Assembly: GCF_004010195.1 (NCBI RefSeq)
Contig: NC_057751.1
Coordinates: 1,804,494-1,849,469 of the forward strand
Origin: Chiloscyllium plagiosum
Taxonomy: Eukaryota
Reading direction: 5' to 3'
DNA: 44,976 nucleotides
A program made the position numbers and the translations under genes. Below are positions 24,664 to 35,974 of this stretch, one piece after another. The notes below the pieces were generated by a model. The model ran no database searches. It saw nothing but the letters and a program-made list of their open reading frames with translations, and was not told where the DNA came from. Within the stretch, counting starts at the first letter, position 1; the number at the start of each line of letters is the position of its first letter.

Positions 24664-25418
24664 TCTAGGAAGTTGAAGGTGTGTACTGTACCTTAAAGAC
24701 AGAGTGAAAACTGAAAGCTTGCAAGCACCTGTCAAGCGACTGACTAGTAGTTACAGAATGTACTGGATGTAACATTTGGTTGCAACCTAGATACCTTAGT
24801 ATCTCACAGTATCTTGCAACCTAGATACCTCAGTATCAATCAGTTTAAATTATGCCCTGAGATACGAAAACCCAATCGAGTTTGAATTTTACTGTTTGAC
24901 AACATTGAGCCAATGAGATGATCCAATGTTTGGGGTATAAAATAAAGCAGGCATTTTGGACAGTTGGCCAGAAAGAGCACCAACTGCCATTGAAAGACTG
25001 CTACTCACCACACTCTCCGTCAAAGGGACCTCTTTCAGATGAAACATCTTTGCAGCAGAAGACTGAAGATAACCCAGGGAGATCTACAAACAGAGGAAGA
25101 TCGACATCGGAGAAAACAGCCGCTGTCTGCTTTTGAAAATTAAGTTGCTGTAAATTTAATAGGGGCTTTATTGGATCAGTATATTGTTATAGAGTGGGAG
25201 GGAGATGGCAAACCTTTAAGAGAAAGGAGGCTTAGAGTTGTAAATAGTTGTTGTTTAATGTTCACTTTTGGAGTTAAAGTGGAAAATTGTTATTTTTCCT
25301 TTCAATAGTGGAATTCGGGTAGTTCTCTGTTCCTCATACTTTCACAGATTACGAGAAAGGTGAGCTTCTCTGTGTGTTCTGTGTAATGAGCAGAAGGGTT
25401 TACTGCCATGTTGTTACA
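24664..25418 (+). mobile_element. Solo LTR-like element (~755 bp)
   Basis: Ends TC(for TG)TAGG..TGTTACA; 4-bp AGAC duplication at 24660-24663 and 25419-25422; CCAAT boxes, TATAAAA at 24936; internal 24-bp direct repeat. Confidence 0.65.
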
Positions 25419-25663
25419 AGACCATAAGGAATAGGAATCGGAGTAGGGTAAGTCATTTAACCTCTCAAGCCTGCTCCATGATTCATGGCTGATCTAACAT
25501 TCCTCACATCCACTATCCTGCCTTTTCCCAGTGGCCCTCAATTCTCCCAGTGATCAAGAATCTACCTCAGTCTTAAATATAGCCAAGGAGTCTGCCCCCA
25601 CAGCTCTCTGTGTGAGGAGTTGCAAAGCCTCACAATCTTCTGAATGAAGAGGTTCTTCCTCAT
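25419..25663 (-). mobile_element. CR1 3' tail fragment inserted in the Harbinger fossil
   Basis: agaccataaggaatagga..catggctgatct..cagtcttaaatata..tgaagaggttcttcctcat is the reverse complement of a CR1 end. Confidence 0.75.
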
Positions 25664-25807
25664 TGGGACAGCTTGTTTACACATCCATGTGACTGATGTC
25701 TCCTTGCAGCTGTGGGATCACATCAGAGCTAAGTGCCAACTCATTCTGGCTGTTTGTGAAGTGAACAGAAATGTAATCATGGCCATAACTGGGCACCAGG
25801 TTGGAAG

Positions 25808-26660
25808 GACCGCAATTTCCCGCCAGACGTAGTTGACGATGCCGTCCACCGCATCTCTTCCACTTCCCGCTCCTCTGCCCTTGAGCCCCGCCCCTCCAAC
25901 CGCCACCAGGACAGAACCCCACTGGTCCTCACCTACCACCCCACCAACCTCCATGTACAACGTATCATCCGCCGTCATTTCCGCCACCTCCAAANNNNNN
26001 NNNNNNNNNNNNNNNNNNNNNNNNNNNNNNNNNNNNNNNNNNNNNNNNNNNNNNNNNNNNNNNNNNNNNNNNNNNNNNNNNNNNNNNNNNNNNNNNNNNN
26101 NNNNNNNNNNNNNNNNNNNNNNNNNNNNNNNNNNNNNNNNNNNNNNNNNNNNNNNNNNNNNNNNNNNNNNNNNNNNNNNNNNNNNNNNNNNNNNNNNNNN
26201 NNNNNNNNNNNNNNNNNNNNNNNNNNNNNNNNNNNNNNNNNNNNNNNNNNNNNNNNNNNNNNNNNNNNNNNNNNNNNNNNNNNNNNNNNNNNNNNNNNNN
26301 NNNNNNNNNNNNNNNNNNNNNNNNNNNNNNNNNNNNNNNNNNNNNNNNNNNNNNNNNNNNNNNNNNNNNNNNNNNNNNNNNNNNNNNNNNNNNNNNNNNN
26401 NNNNNNNGCCCCCACCCCACTCCGGCCTATCACCCTCACCTTGACCTCCGTCCACCTATCGCAATTCCTACACCCCTCCCCCAAGTCCCTCCTCCCTACC
26501 TTTTATCTTAGCCTGCTGGACACACTTTCCTCATTCCTGAAGAAGGGCTTATGCCCAAAACGTCAATTCTCCTGTTCCCTGGATGCTGCCTGACCTGCTG
26601 TGCTTTTCCAGCAACACAGTTTCAGCTCTGATCTCCAGCATCTGCAGCCCTCACTTTCTC
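25808..26660 (+). mobile_element. Relatively young Penelope-like element spanning the gap, with 14-bp TSD
   Basis: Open, CpG-rich frame DRNFPPDVVDDAVHRISS..DRTPLVLTYHPTNL..RHFRHLQ; PLE terminus with CTGAAGA..GGGCTTATGCCC at 26537-26556; CACCAGGTTGGAAG at 25794-25807 and 26661-26674. Confidence 0.87.
25995..26407. other. Assembly gap (413 N)
   Basis: Run of N. Confidence 1.
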
Positions 26661-27099
26661 CACCAGGTTGGAAGACAAACATCGAATCTCTGTGAAGATT
26701 CAGAGGTAAAGGCATGAAAGGCTGTAGTGACTTTGACAGCCTCTGGCAATGTGTACCCACTTGGTCTGCTTGGCAGGAAGTTTTCTTTCAAAAATCTTCT
26801 TCCAAGAGGAGTCTTGTGATGTTTTCTTACTTTAAAGAAAATGTTTGGTATGCTGTTGGAGCTAGTATTGTCTGGAACCACCTGTCAGGAAACTCTCAGT
26901 CTCTTGAGGGACCATTATTGAATCATGTCCAGAAAGATATCCTCTTCATTTATGTGTGATATTAGCGAGCTCTGTACTCTTCTGTGGGATGGTAGGTGTG
27001 TGCAGAGAGCTCTGTTGATGGTGTTCCTTTAATTTGTTCAGCTTGTCATCTCATTGGCTATCTTGGGATCGAGGTCAAGCTCCACAAATGCAACATTCT

Positions 27100-27642
27100 C
27101 AAGGCCAATGCAGTGAGGAGTGGCAGACAGTGTTTAATTTAGATAAATATGAGGTGTTGCATTTTGATAAGGTCACCCAAGGCAGGAATTAAGACAGTTA
27201 ATGATAGGGCCCTGGGGAGTGTTGCTGAATTGAGACCGAGGGGTACAGGTGCATAGTCCCTTGAAGGTGGCTTCGCAGGTAGACAGGATGGTGAAGAAGG
27301 CATTTGGCATGCTTAGCTTCATTGGTCAGTGCATTGAGTAAAGGAGTTGGGCGGTCATGTTGTGGTTGTTCAGGACATTGGTTCGGCCACTTCTAGAATA
27401 CTGCATTCAATTCTGGCCTCCCTGCCATAGGAAAGATGTTTTAAAACTTGAAATGGTTCAGAAAAAGGTGATTAAGGATATTGCTGAAGGTTTTGAGTTA
27501 TAGGGAGAGGCTGGATAGGTTGGTGCTGTTATCCTTGGAAGCTGAGAGGTGACCTTATAAAGGCTGATAAAATCATGAGGGGTGTGGATAGCCAAGGTCT
27601 TTTTTCAAGTGTGTGGGAATCTAGAACCAGAGGGCATAAATT
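27100..27642 (+). mobile_element. CR1 3' fragment
   Basis: FNLDKYEVLHF..VDRMVKKAFGMLSFI..TLVRPLLEYCIQFW..MRGVDSQGLF..SRTRGHKF. Confidence 0.87.
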
Positions 27643-27644
27643 TA

Positions 27645-27870
27645 CCGACCCTCTACACCGCATCCAACCCAGGCCCTACCCTAACCCTCTACCACTGCAA
27701 TTCTCATGGTCAATCCATCGAACTTGCACATCTTTGGACTGTGGGAAGAAACCCATTCAGACACAGGGGGTATGGGTAAACTCCACACAGGCAGTCGCTC
27801 AAGGCTGGAATCAAACCTGGGTCTCTGGTGCTGAGAGGCAGCAGTGCTAACCACTGAGCTACCATACCAC
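27645..27870 (-). mobile_element. HE1-type SINE
   Basis: tgcacatctttggactgtggga..actccacacag..gaggcagcagtgctaaccactgagc. Confidence 0.8.
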
Positions 27871-28459
27871 AATATAATAATTATCAATCCACCCACACTA
27901 TGTCTCAGGTCACCCATTGAGCAGCTGTCCACTCATAAGCCCCCACACTATTAGAAAGTTAACTACCTCAACTGAATTCTGTTCCTCGCCAAAGATGATG
28001 AGTAGTTCACAACTTTCTGCTTAAAAATCAGATTTTCAGCTTCTCCACTTTTCAGCTTTTGGAGTAAAACTACCTTCACTGTCAGGCGAGTAATTTCAAT
28101 GGTGATATGCACACCATGAAATCGTCCTGGAAAGGCGTTTCACCAACATCACAGACAATTGAAAAGCAAGCTGAGAATAGAATAATATGTGAGACAATGG
28201 ATTGTTGAAACATTGATGCCAAGTGTGTGGCAGTCCCAATAAATAGACAGCAAGGATTAGCTTACACAGCAATAACAGAACTTTTCAAAGACCTTCCCAG
28301 ATAATGAATTACTTTTTTGAAGTGGAGCCAAATGGTAATTTCACACTCAATAAGATCCAACAACCAATTAATCTGCTCTGGAGGCAGCTGTAAGTCACCA
28401 AGCAGTTTTTCCTCTTCCTGAATGCTATTGTGACCATTCCCTGTGGAAGGACATTTATA

Positions 28460-28560
28460 ACAAAAACAGAAACTGCTGGATAAACTCAGGAGGTATGGCA
28501 GAATCTTTGCAGAGAAAGCAGAATCAACGTTTTGGGTCCAGTGCCCCTTCATCGGTTCTG
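28460..28560 (-). mobile_element. PLE terminal stub with degenerate hammerhead core
   Basis: Minus strand CCGATGA-AGGGGCACTGGACCC-AAAACGTTG; similar to the 15.35-15.47 kb copy. Confidence 0.65.
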
Positions 28561-28989
28561 ATATTTGATTTATCAGATTGTCATCAGTAGGGAATTTCAG
28601 AAAAACTTAGAAAACTGTAAGAATTTGGAACTCCCGACCCGAGACAGTGACTGAAGAATGAAAGCATTTCAGCATGTTTAAGGAAAACCTTCATGAACAC
28701 ACAATGTAAAACTGAATAGAAGGAAATGGTTTGGGTGAAAAGAAGATGAATGGGAGAAAACAGATGAATAAACACAACTGTGGGCTGCCTGAATTGGACA
28801 GGCCATAAACCCGATTCCAATGTGTCATGACATAATGAACATATCACTGGCACCAGCTGAATGGAGCGAGAGTTTGATGTCTCATTCAAAGAGGAGACTT
28901 CCTTCAAAGCACAGACAGAGTGTCAGCCTTGATGTGGATCCAATGGGCTGAATGGCCTGCTTCCACACTGTAGGGATTCTATGATTCAG

Positions 28990-29350
28990 GGCAGCTGATT
29001 GATAAAAAAAAGACCTTCAGAGAAGTGTATCGGTGAGCAGTGCACAATTTGCCATGACAGTGGTGAATTTCCCAAAATGCCGATGATTGACGTAGGCAGT
29101 GATGTGAACATTTGATCATGATGCACAGAAATCTAGGGGGTGTGGTACAGATTTTATTGATCAAATCACTGTCAGAAGGAAGAAGGATGGATGGATTAAG
29201 TGATTTTTTTTCAGCTCAGCACACTCCTGGAAGCAATTCAATGCAGTAAACTGATTAGTATTCGAACAATAAAAATTCTAATTGCCACTTGCTTCCTCAG
29301 GCTATGCAAACCCGATTCTCCTGTAATCCAGTTCAACCACAGTGAGTGCA
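28990..29350. promoter_or_regulatory. Candidate enhancer / conserved non-coding element
   Basis: Repeat-free; TGATTGAT at 28996, TGACAG at 29055, TGATTGAC at 29084. Confidence 0.27.
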
Positions 29351-29681
29351 TACCGACCAGGCTACCCACCTGTGAAATTCACTGACAAAGTCACAGTCCA
29401 AGACTGGGAAAATTCCACAAACCCACATAAACAAATCAAGAATGCAGTTCCCAGAATTATTCACTAATTCGGATTGGAATAAAGACTTATGAAAAAATTC
29501 CTTCGCAGGATGTGCACAATGCTGGCCATGCCATCATTCAATGCAGATGGTTCACTGGCTTTGAGAACCATAGAATCTCTGCAGTGTGGAAAAACGCCAG
29601 TCGGCCCAACAAGTCAACACCGACCCTCTAATGAATAACCCACTCCCTGACCCTATTACTCTCCATTTAACCCTGACTACA

Positions 29682-30563
29682 GGTGGCACGGTGGCTTAGT
29701 GGTTAGCATTTCTGCTTCATAGCACCAGGGATCCAAGTTCAATTCCAGCCTTGGGCAGCTGTCTCTATGGAGTTTGCACATTCTCCCTGTGTCTGTGTGG
29801 GTTTCCTCCAGGTGCTCTGGTTTTCTCCCACAGTCCAAAGATGAGTTTAAGAGTCGTGAGATCTTGTTGCAGCTCTATAAAACTTTGGTTAGACCGCACT
29901 TGGAATACCGTGTCCAGTTCTGGTCACCCTATTATAGGAAAGATGTGGATGCTTTGGAGAGGGTTCAGAGGAGGTTTACCAGGATGCTGCCTGGACTGGA
30001 GGGCTTATTTTATTAAGAGAGGTTGACTGAGCTCAGACTTTTTTCATTGGAGAAAAGGAGGAGGAGAGGGGACCTAATCGAGGTATACAAGATAATGAGA
30101 GGCATAGATAGAGTCGATAGCCAGAGACTATTTCTCAGGGCAGAAATGACTAACACGAGGGGTCATAGTTTTAAGCTGGTTGGAGGAAAGTATAGAGGGG
30201 ATGTCAGAGGCTGGTTCTTTACATAGAGAGTTGTGAGAGCATGGAATGCGTTGCTAGCAGCAGTTGTGGAAGCAAGGCCATTGGGGACATTTAAGAGACT
30301 ACTGGACATGCATATGGTCACAGAAATCTGAGGGTGCATACATGAGGATGAATGGTCTGCACAACATTGTGGGCTGAAGGGCGTGTTCTGTGCTGTACTG
30401 TTCTATGTTCTATGTTCTATGTGCAGGTTAGGTGGATTGGCCTTGCTAAATTCCCATAGTGTTCGGTGCATTAGTCAGAGGCGGGGTGGGTTGCTCTTCG
30501 GAGGATCGGTGTGTACGCGTTGGGCCAAAAGGCCTGTTTCCACACTGGAGGGAATCTAATCTA
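29682..30563 (+). mobile_element. HE1 SINE (inner), split into 29682-29842 and 30421-30563
   Basis: Head ggtggcacggtggcttagtggttagc; ..cagtccaaagat resumes gtgcaggttaggtggattgg..; tail ggcctgtttccacactg..aatctaatcta. Confidence 0.88.
29843..30420 (+). mobile_element. Young CR1 3' fragment; innermost layer of nest
   Basis: Single frame EFKSREILLQLYKTLVRPHLEY..LERVQRRFTRMLPGL..RGDLIEVYKIMRG..TRGH with two stops and no frameshift; (TTCTATG)n tail. Confidence 0.93.
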
Positions 30564-31959
30564 ATACACCTCGCCTACACATCCCTGAACACTACGGGCA
30601 ATTTAGCATGGCCAATTCACCTGACCTGCACATCTTTGGACTGTGGGAGGAAACCAGAGCACCCGGAGGAAACCCACACAGACACGGGGAGAAAATACAA
30701 ACTCCACGTAGACAATTGCCCGGAGCTGGGATCGAACCAGGTTTTTGGCTCGGTGAGGCAGTAGTGCTAACCACTGAGCCACTGTGTCACCCAAAGTTGA
30801 TGACAAGCTGCCATTTTGAAGTGTGACAGTTGTTTGGGGTGTAGGAGTACTCAGAGTAATGTTAGACAGGGAGTTCCAGAGTTTTAACACAGATAACGTG
30901 ATAGAATAGCAATAGATTTCCAAGTCAGGAAGGTGTGCGACTTGGAGGTGAATTTGGAGGTCATGGTGTTCCCAGGCTTGTGCCCTCTTTGTCATTGTAG
31001 ATGGTGTAGATAACACTGATCAAATGATAACATTTGAGAGGTGTTAACAAAAATACCAAATCACTCAATCCACCCATCCTTCTTCCATTTTGGTAAATTA
31101 ATGAAGTGTATCCTATGGATGGTACGCGCTGCTGCCACTGTGCTCAGTGATGAAAGGAGCCAATGTTGAACATTTATGGTGTGCCAATCAAACGGGCTGC
31201 ATTATCCTGGATGGTGTCAAGCCTCTTAAGTGTTGTTAGAGTGAGGAATATTGTATCACACTTCGGACTTGTGCCTTGTAGATGGTTGACAGGCTTTCAG
31301 GAGAGTGGAGAGGAGTTACTTACCATATTGATTTCCATAGCATCTTTTGTAACCACAGGACACCTAAAGTGCTTCACAGATGATGATTTTATTTTCCTTT
31401 ATTCTTTCTAAGGTTTTGGACATCACAGGCCAGACCAGCATTTGGCACTATCCCTAACTGCCTCTGAACTGAACTGTATCTGCTGGGCCTCTTCTGAGGG
31501 CAATTAATCATATTGCTGCGGGTCTGGAGTCGCATCTGGGCAGAAATACTTCCCAAAAAAGGCATGAGAGAAGCAGGTTAAATAAAACAAACAATAGTCA
31601 TCATTATTAAAGTTATGTTATTTGATTTTAGATTTCAACAGCTGTCATTGTGGGTTTTGAACCCATGTCCATCAAAAATCAACCTATGCTGATGCCAGTC
31701 TGAGTCCAGTGATGTGTCTGTGTCTCCACATAGAGTCCTATGTACAGCACAGTAACTCTTGTCAGAAATGCAGCATCCAGCTTCCACACGGCATTGTCCC
31801 ACGAATAGAATCACAGTCATCACCAGATTGTACAGTTCAGTGATGTTTGTTGAGGGGAGAAATTCCATCCACGACATTGGAACAATTGCTCCACAAGCCT
31901 TTCACATCCATTTGTCACATTCTCTCATACCTGCACAGTTAGTGGATCATATCTCAGGG

Positions 31960-32760
31960 TCACAGAATAGTTACAGCACAATAGGAGGCCATTCAGCCCT
32001 TCGTGTCCATCTGGGCAGTTAAAAGGAGCAATCCATCTCATGCCACTCCCTTGTTTTCTTTTCTGTACATTTTTCCTTTTCAGTTAATCATTCTATTCCT
32101 TATTGATTGAATCTGCCTCGACCACACTCTCAGATAGGGCAATCCAAATTGACTGCATGTTCAATGAAAATGCTTTTCCTCATGCTCCCACTGCTTTTTA
32201 TCAATAACCTTAGATCTGTGACCTCTGGTTCTCAATTGTTCCACAAACAGAAACCTTTTCTCCCTTTCTTCCTATCGTGAATTGTCATCCCTGGAACCAT
32301 TCTTGTGCACCCTCTTGAATGTTTCTGAAATAACTGCACGGAGGCCGGATTCCCATCATCAAGTCACCATTTATTTCCTTATGCACTGTCTGTGACCAGC
32401 CCGTTCGGAATCAGTCCCCTGAACTGAGGAAATGCTATATCATTTGTAAATATTAGTCAGCCAAGGCTTTCCTGATTGGCCCAGGTTAACAACCCCAATC
32501 AAGGATCTCATCGTCAATAAGGTCAACCGAGCTCCAATCACTCCAGTTTCTGTTGGAAATTGGGGTGCCTGGAACCAAATGCAATACTTCATCTGAGATT
32601 GAACCAGAGTCTTACACAAGTTCAATACAAATTCCTTGCTATACTTGTATGACAAGCCCCAAACAATAAAGCCCAGGATGTCGCATGTTTCAACAAGTTC
32701 TCTCAATGATTTATGCACAGATTTATCCAGGTCACTCTGCTCCTTTCCCCCAACAGAATT
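31960..32760 (-). mobile_element. Decayed CR1 3' region split by a short solo LTR
   Basis: Reverse-complement tail cacagaatagttacagcac..ggaggccattcagccc; beyond the LTR: ILGFI..LNLCKTLV..KYCIWF. Confidence 0.65.
32326..32545 (-). mobile_element. Short solo LTR (220 bp)
   Basis: TG...CA ends; GTTTC duplicated at 32321-32325 and 32546-32550; several CCAAT/ATTGG boxes; AATAAA on minus at 32375-32370. Confidence 0.7.
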
Positions 32761-33189
32761 AATTGTACTCAGCAAATTCCCACAAAGACCAATACAAAAC
32801 TTTTGCTGTCCTGTCAATTGCCTTTGTCAGCCTCAGAGCAGCTACAATTGGTCAGCCATTCACTATTACAACAAGCAGTTGGGAAAATCTGAAATTACAT
32901 CATGGAGCCCATGATGGGTCTTCATTTGTTTTATCTCACACACTTTCTGAATGTATGTGAAACAAGCAGAGTAGGAAAAGGAAGAAAGACAAATACGCAC
33001 TCCTTCAGGTTTTTCACCATCTCAGGATGTCTCAAAATGTTTTGTAGCCAATGAAATACTTTCTGAAGTCTGGCCAACATTGATGGAAATTTAGCAGCAA
33101 GTATGTTCGTTGGAAGACCCCACAAATGGCAATGTGATAAAGGATAATCTGTTTGATCTCTGTTGATTAAAATCATAGACGCCCCATAG

Positions 33190-33513
33190 CAGACCATTCA
33201 GTCCATCAAATCCACATCGACCCTCCACAGAGCATCCTGCCCAGACCCACACGCCTCATCCCATTCCAGTAAGCCATGTTTCCCATGGATAACCCACCTA
33301 GCCTACACATCCCTGAACACCATGAGTAATTTCCCATGGCCATCCACCTAACCTGCACATATTTGGACTGCGGGAGGAAATCAAGGCACATGAGGAAACC
33401 CACACAGACACGGGGAAAATGTGCAAACTTCTCAAAGACAGTGGTCCAAGGGTGAAACAAACCAGGGCTCCTGGCACTGTGAGGCAGCAGTGCCAACCAC
33501 TGAGCCATGATGC
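33190..33513 (-). mobile_element. HE1-type SINE
   Basis: Head TGGCTCAGTGGTTGGCACTGCTGCCTCACAG on minus; body ggactgcgggaggaaa..acacagacacgggg. Confidence 0.85.
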
Positions 33514-35004
33514 CATCTGAAAGATTACCTTTGCCTGGAAAACAGGGTAGAATGTCCCTGCTACTCTACAATGTTGGATCATTTTATCTGCAATTCCTCA
33601 GGATTTCCCACAGCAATCCTTGCACACGTTGTGTGTGAGTGGAATCGAATTCTATTTTAACAGAGTGAGATGAAGATGTTGGAGGGTGCTCACATGGAGC
33701 ACAGACACCAGCAGTGGCTAAACAGTCTGTGTCTATACTGGAATAAGGATGCAACTAAAGTCATAGAGATATACAGCATGAAAACCGACCCTTCGGTCCA
33801 ACTCGTCCATGCTGACCAAGTTTCTCAAGCTAAACTAGTCTCAGTTTCCTGCATTTCTTCCATCAATTGTTGCAAAATGAAGATTTTTCAACTGTATGGC
33901 ATTATTTTCAAACATTGAATGCCCAATATCAGAGGGACATCAAAAGAAACCTTTCAACAATAAGTTTCAATGCAGTTTGAAATAGTAGAGATACAAAAGT
34001 AATGCATCATGGGTCAAACCAATGATCTGTATCAGACCTAATGATTTGTCAAATGGCCTCTTTCCTGTTTTGAATGATTTTAACTCAATGTGCTGGACAC
34101 TAGAGAGTTAATTTTGGGTCTTGTCACAGTGGACAATAAGGAAGAGTGGTATTAAAGTCATTTACTCTATGAAGCAGGAAACGAGTTGCAATTGAAGTCA
34201 GGAATTGGAGGCAATTCATCTCTGTCTCTGGAGGGTATACCAGTGCCATAAATCATCTTGCTCCAAAGAATAAACTGCAGAATATGCTGAGGGAGCCTGG
34301 CTGCAATTTTCACAATAAGAGACAGTGCCTATTTCAGAGTTTTTGTGCTGATTTTTGTCAGGACAGCATTCCAGAACAGTACAGGAAAGCAAAAAGATCA
34401 AGGCAGTCTGAAAGTTCAACCTCCAGTCAGCTTTTCTTTTGGAAGTTATTTGCGCACCAAACCAGAGTCCCAAAATTTGTACAGATTACAGACTGGGTGA
34501 AAAATTGTGAAAGAATGACTTGCAACTTTGGGACAATTAATCAGCCTTCCACAGGAGGTCTCAGAGAACTTTAAACAGGTTAACTCTTCAAGCTCAACGA
34601 CTGCTGCTGTTGGTAGACTCAGCCGGCAAATATGGAGGACCCTGAAAAAGGCGCTTGTGCAAACATACAACCAGCCTGTTTTCAGATACTGTTCTCTTTG
34701 GCAATAATAGAAGGTGACAGGAATAGTAGGAGAGATTGGAATAGTCACAGCCCTGTCCCAATATCTTCCTCATTGATCCTGTTGGTCAGGTGTCCTTTGT
34801 ATGCCTGACAATTGTCCAAGGTTAGAACTCTCAGTCTGTGCCTTTGTGCCACCAGCAACCATTCTTTAAAATTGAGAGCAGGAGAATACAAGTATCATTT
34901 TGAAAACGAGCGTTGGATTTTTTGTTACCATTTGTGAAGCTTTACAAGGCTAATGGTTTACAATTAAATTCCGTCAATAGAACCAATGTTTAATATAATT
35001 CCAT

Positions 35005-35480
35005 TTGCATGAAGAGCAGTTCAGGGAAGATTCACTTGACTGATTCCTGGAACAAAGGGGTTTATACTATGGAGAAAGGATGAGCAGGTCGGGCTCACAT
35101 TTACCGGAATTTGGAAGAATGAGAGGTGATCTTATTGAAATATATTGGAATCCTGAGGGGGTGCTGACAGGGTGAATACTGGCAAGATCTTTGCCCTTGT
35201 ACATTGTCAAGGATGAGGGAAGCAGTAAAAATTAAGGGCCTTCCATTTAAGATGGAGAGGATTTTGTTTTTGCGTTGAATGTTTTTGTGGAACTGCCCTG
35301 CCGGAGAGAGGTAGAAGCATGGTGACTGACTATTTTCCTGGCTGAGTTTGAGATATTGGATAGTCAAAAAAAGTCAAGGTCGGCAGTCACGAAAGTGGAG
35401 CGAAAGCCACAATCAAATCAATTATGATATTCTCAAATGACAAACAAACCTAATGAGCTTAATGGCCGATTTCTGCTCCA
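35005..35480 (+). mobile_element. Decayed CR1 3' fragment
   Basis: AVQGRFT*LIPG..EFGRMRGDLIEIY.IL.G..LWNCP. Confidence 0.78.
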
Positions 35481-35974
35481 TGTTACTGTGAGCTTTTCAG
35501 AGTCAGCAACAACATCATTTCATGCTCTATCTTCTTTCGAACTGACACTGACCAGTAGATGGGAAGTCAATTCCTCCTTTAGGTCAGGGATCTCATATTT
35601 TTCCAAAGCATGTTGATTACAAAGTAAAATTGTTTTTGAATTAAACTTAGTCTTCTTAAGCTAATTGTGTGAAGGGGCTGGAGATGAGGAGAATTTACAT
35701 TTATGATCTGGGACTCATAGACTCACAGATGTTTGCAACAAAGAAGGAGGTCATTCGGCCCACTGTGTCCTTGTCAGCCAACACAGATCAGATCATATGT
35801 TTTCCAACTGTGGAAGCTACAACAATGGAAGTGTACACTGACATCCTGTTTCAATGTTACAAGAGTTTCTGACTCAACCTCTCTTTCAGGCAGTGAGTTC
35901 CAGACTGCCCTCTGGGTGAAAAGGTTTCTCCTCAATTCTCCTCTGAGCCTTCTACTTCTGAGAATCAGAGAATC

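Larger units (their letters stand above)
24190..26800 (-). pseudogene. Fossil PIF/Harbinger DDE transposase in three pieces (about 26675-26800, 25665-25793, 24190-24659)
   Basis: In order: LPSRPSGYTLPEAVKVTTAFHAFTSESSQ; DYI..SQNELAL..PQLQGDISHMDV; KSFHSTNI*LVS..FPGNSNEVCFPHQS; FRYLNKYRDAFQIYS; acidic tail ..AAWDGLNLA. These match Harbinger motifs LPVAVKVT.AL.FFASGSFQ, PxVxGxIDCTHV, KGFHSxNVQxVC, FPGSxHD and RFRCL. Confidence 0.8.
29569..30792 (-). mobile_element. HE1 SINE (outer), split into 29569-29679 and 30564-30792
   Basis: Tail part ends ..ccctgacta and resumes atacacctcgcctacacatccctgaacactacgggcaatttagc.. through to the head ..ccactgagccactgtgtcaccc. Confidence 0.85.
29505..31010 (-). 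mobile_element. Ancient CR1-group LINE 3' end; outermost layer of nest (pieces about 29505-29567 and 30793-31010)
   Basis: ..gctggccatgccatcatt..ctttgagaa resumes as agttgatgacaagctgcc..gggagttccag..ttccaagtcagga..atggtgttccca, collinear with the 20.0-kb copy. Confidence 0.6.

Noticed and set aside
25718..26484. Long ORFs of 150-245 aa
   Set aside because: Artefacts of translating through the N gap
24190..26800. Host HARBI1-like domesticated gene
   Set aside because: Multiple stops, frameshifts, degraded catalytic residues and TE insertions within the coding sequence
34216..34750. Overlapping 85-100 aa ORFs on both strands with possible acceptors
   Set aside because: No recognisable domain or convincing donor; lengths are within chance expectation
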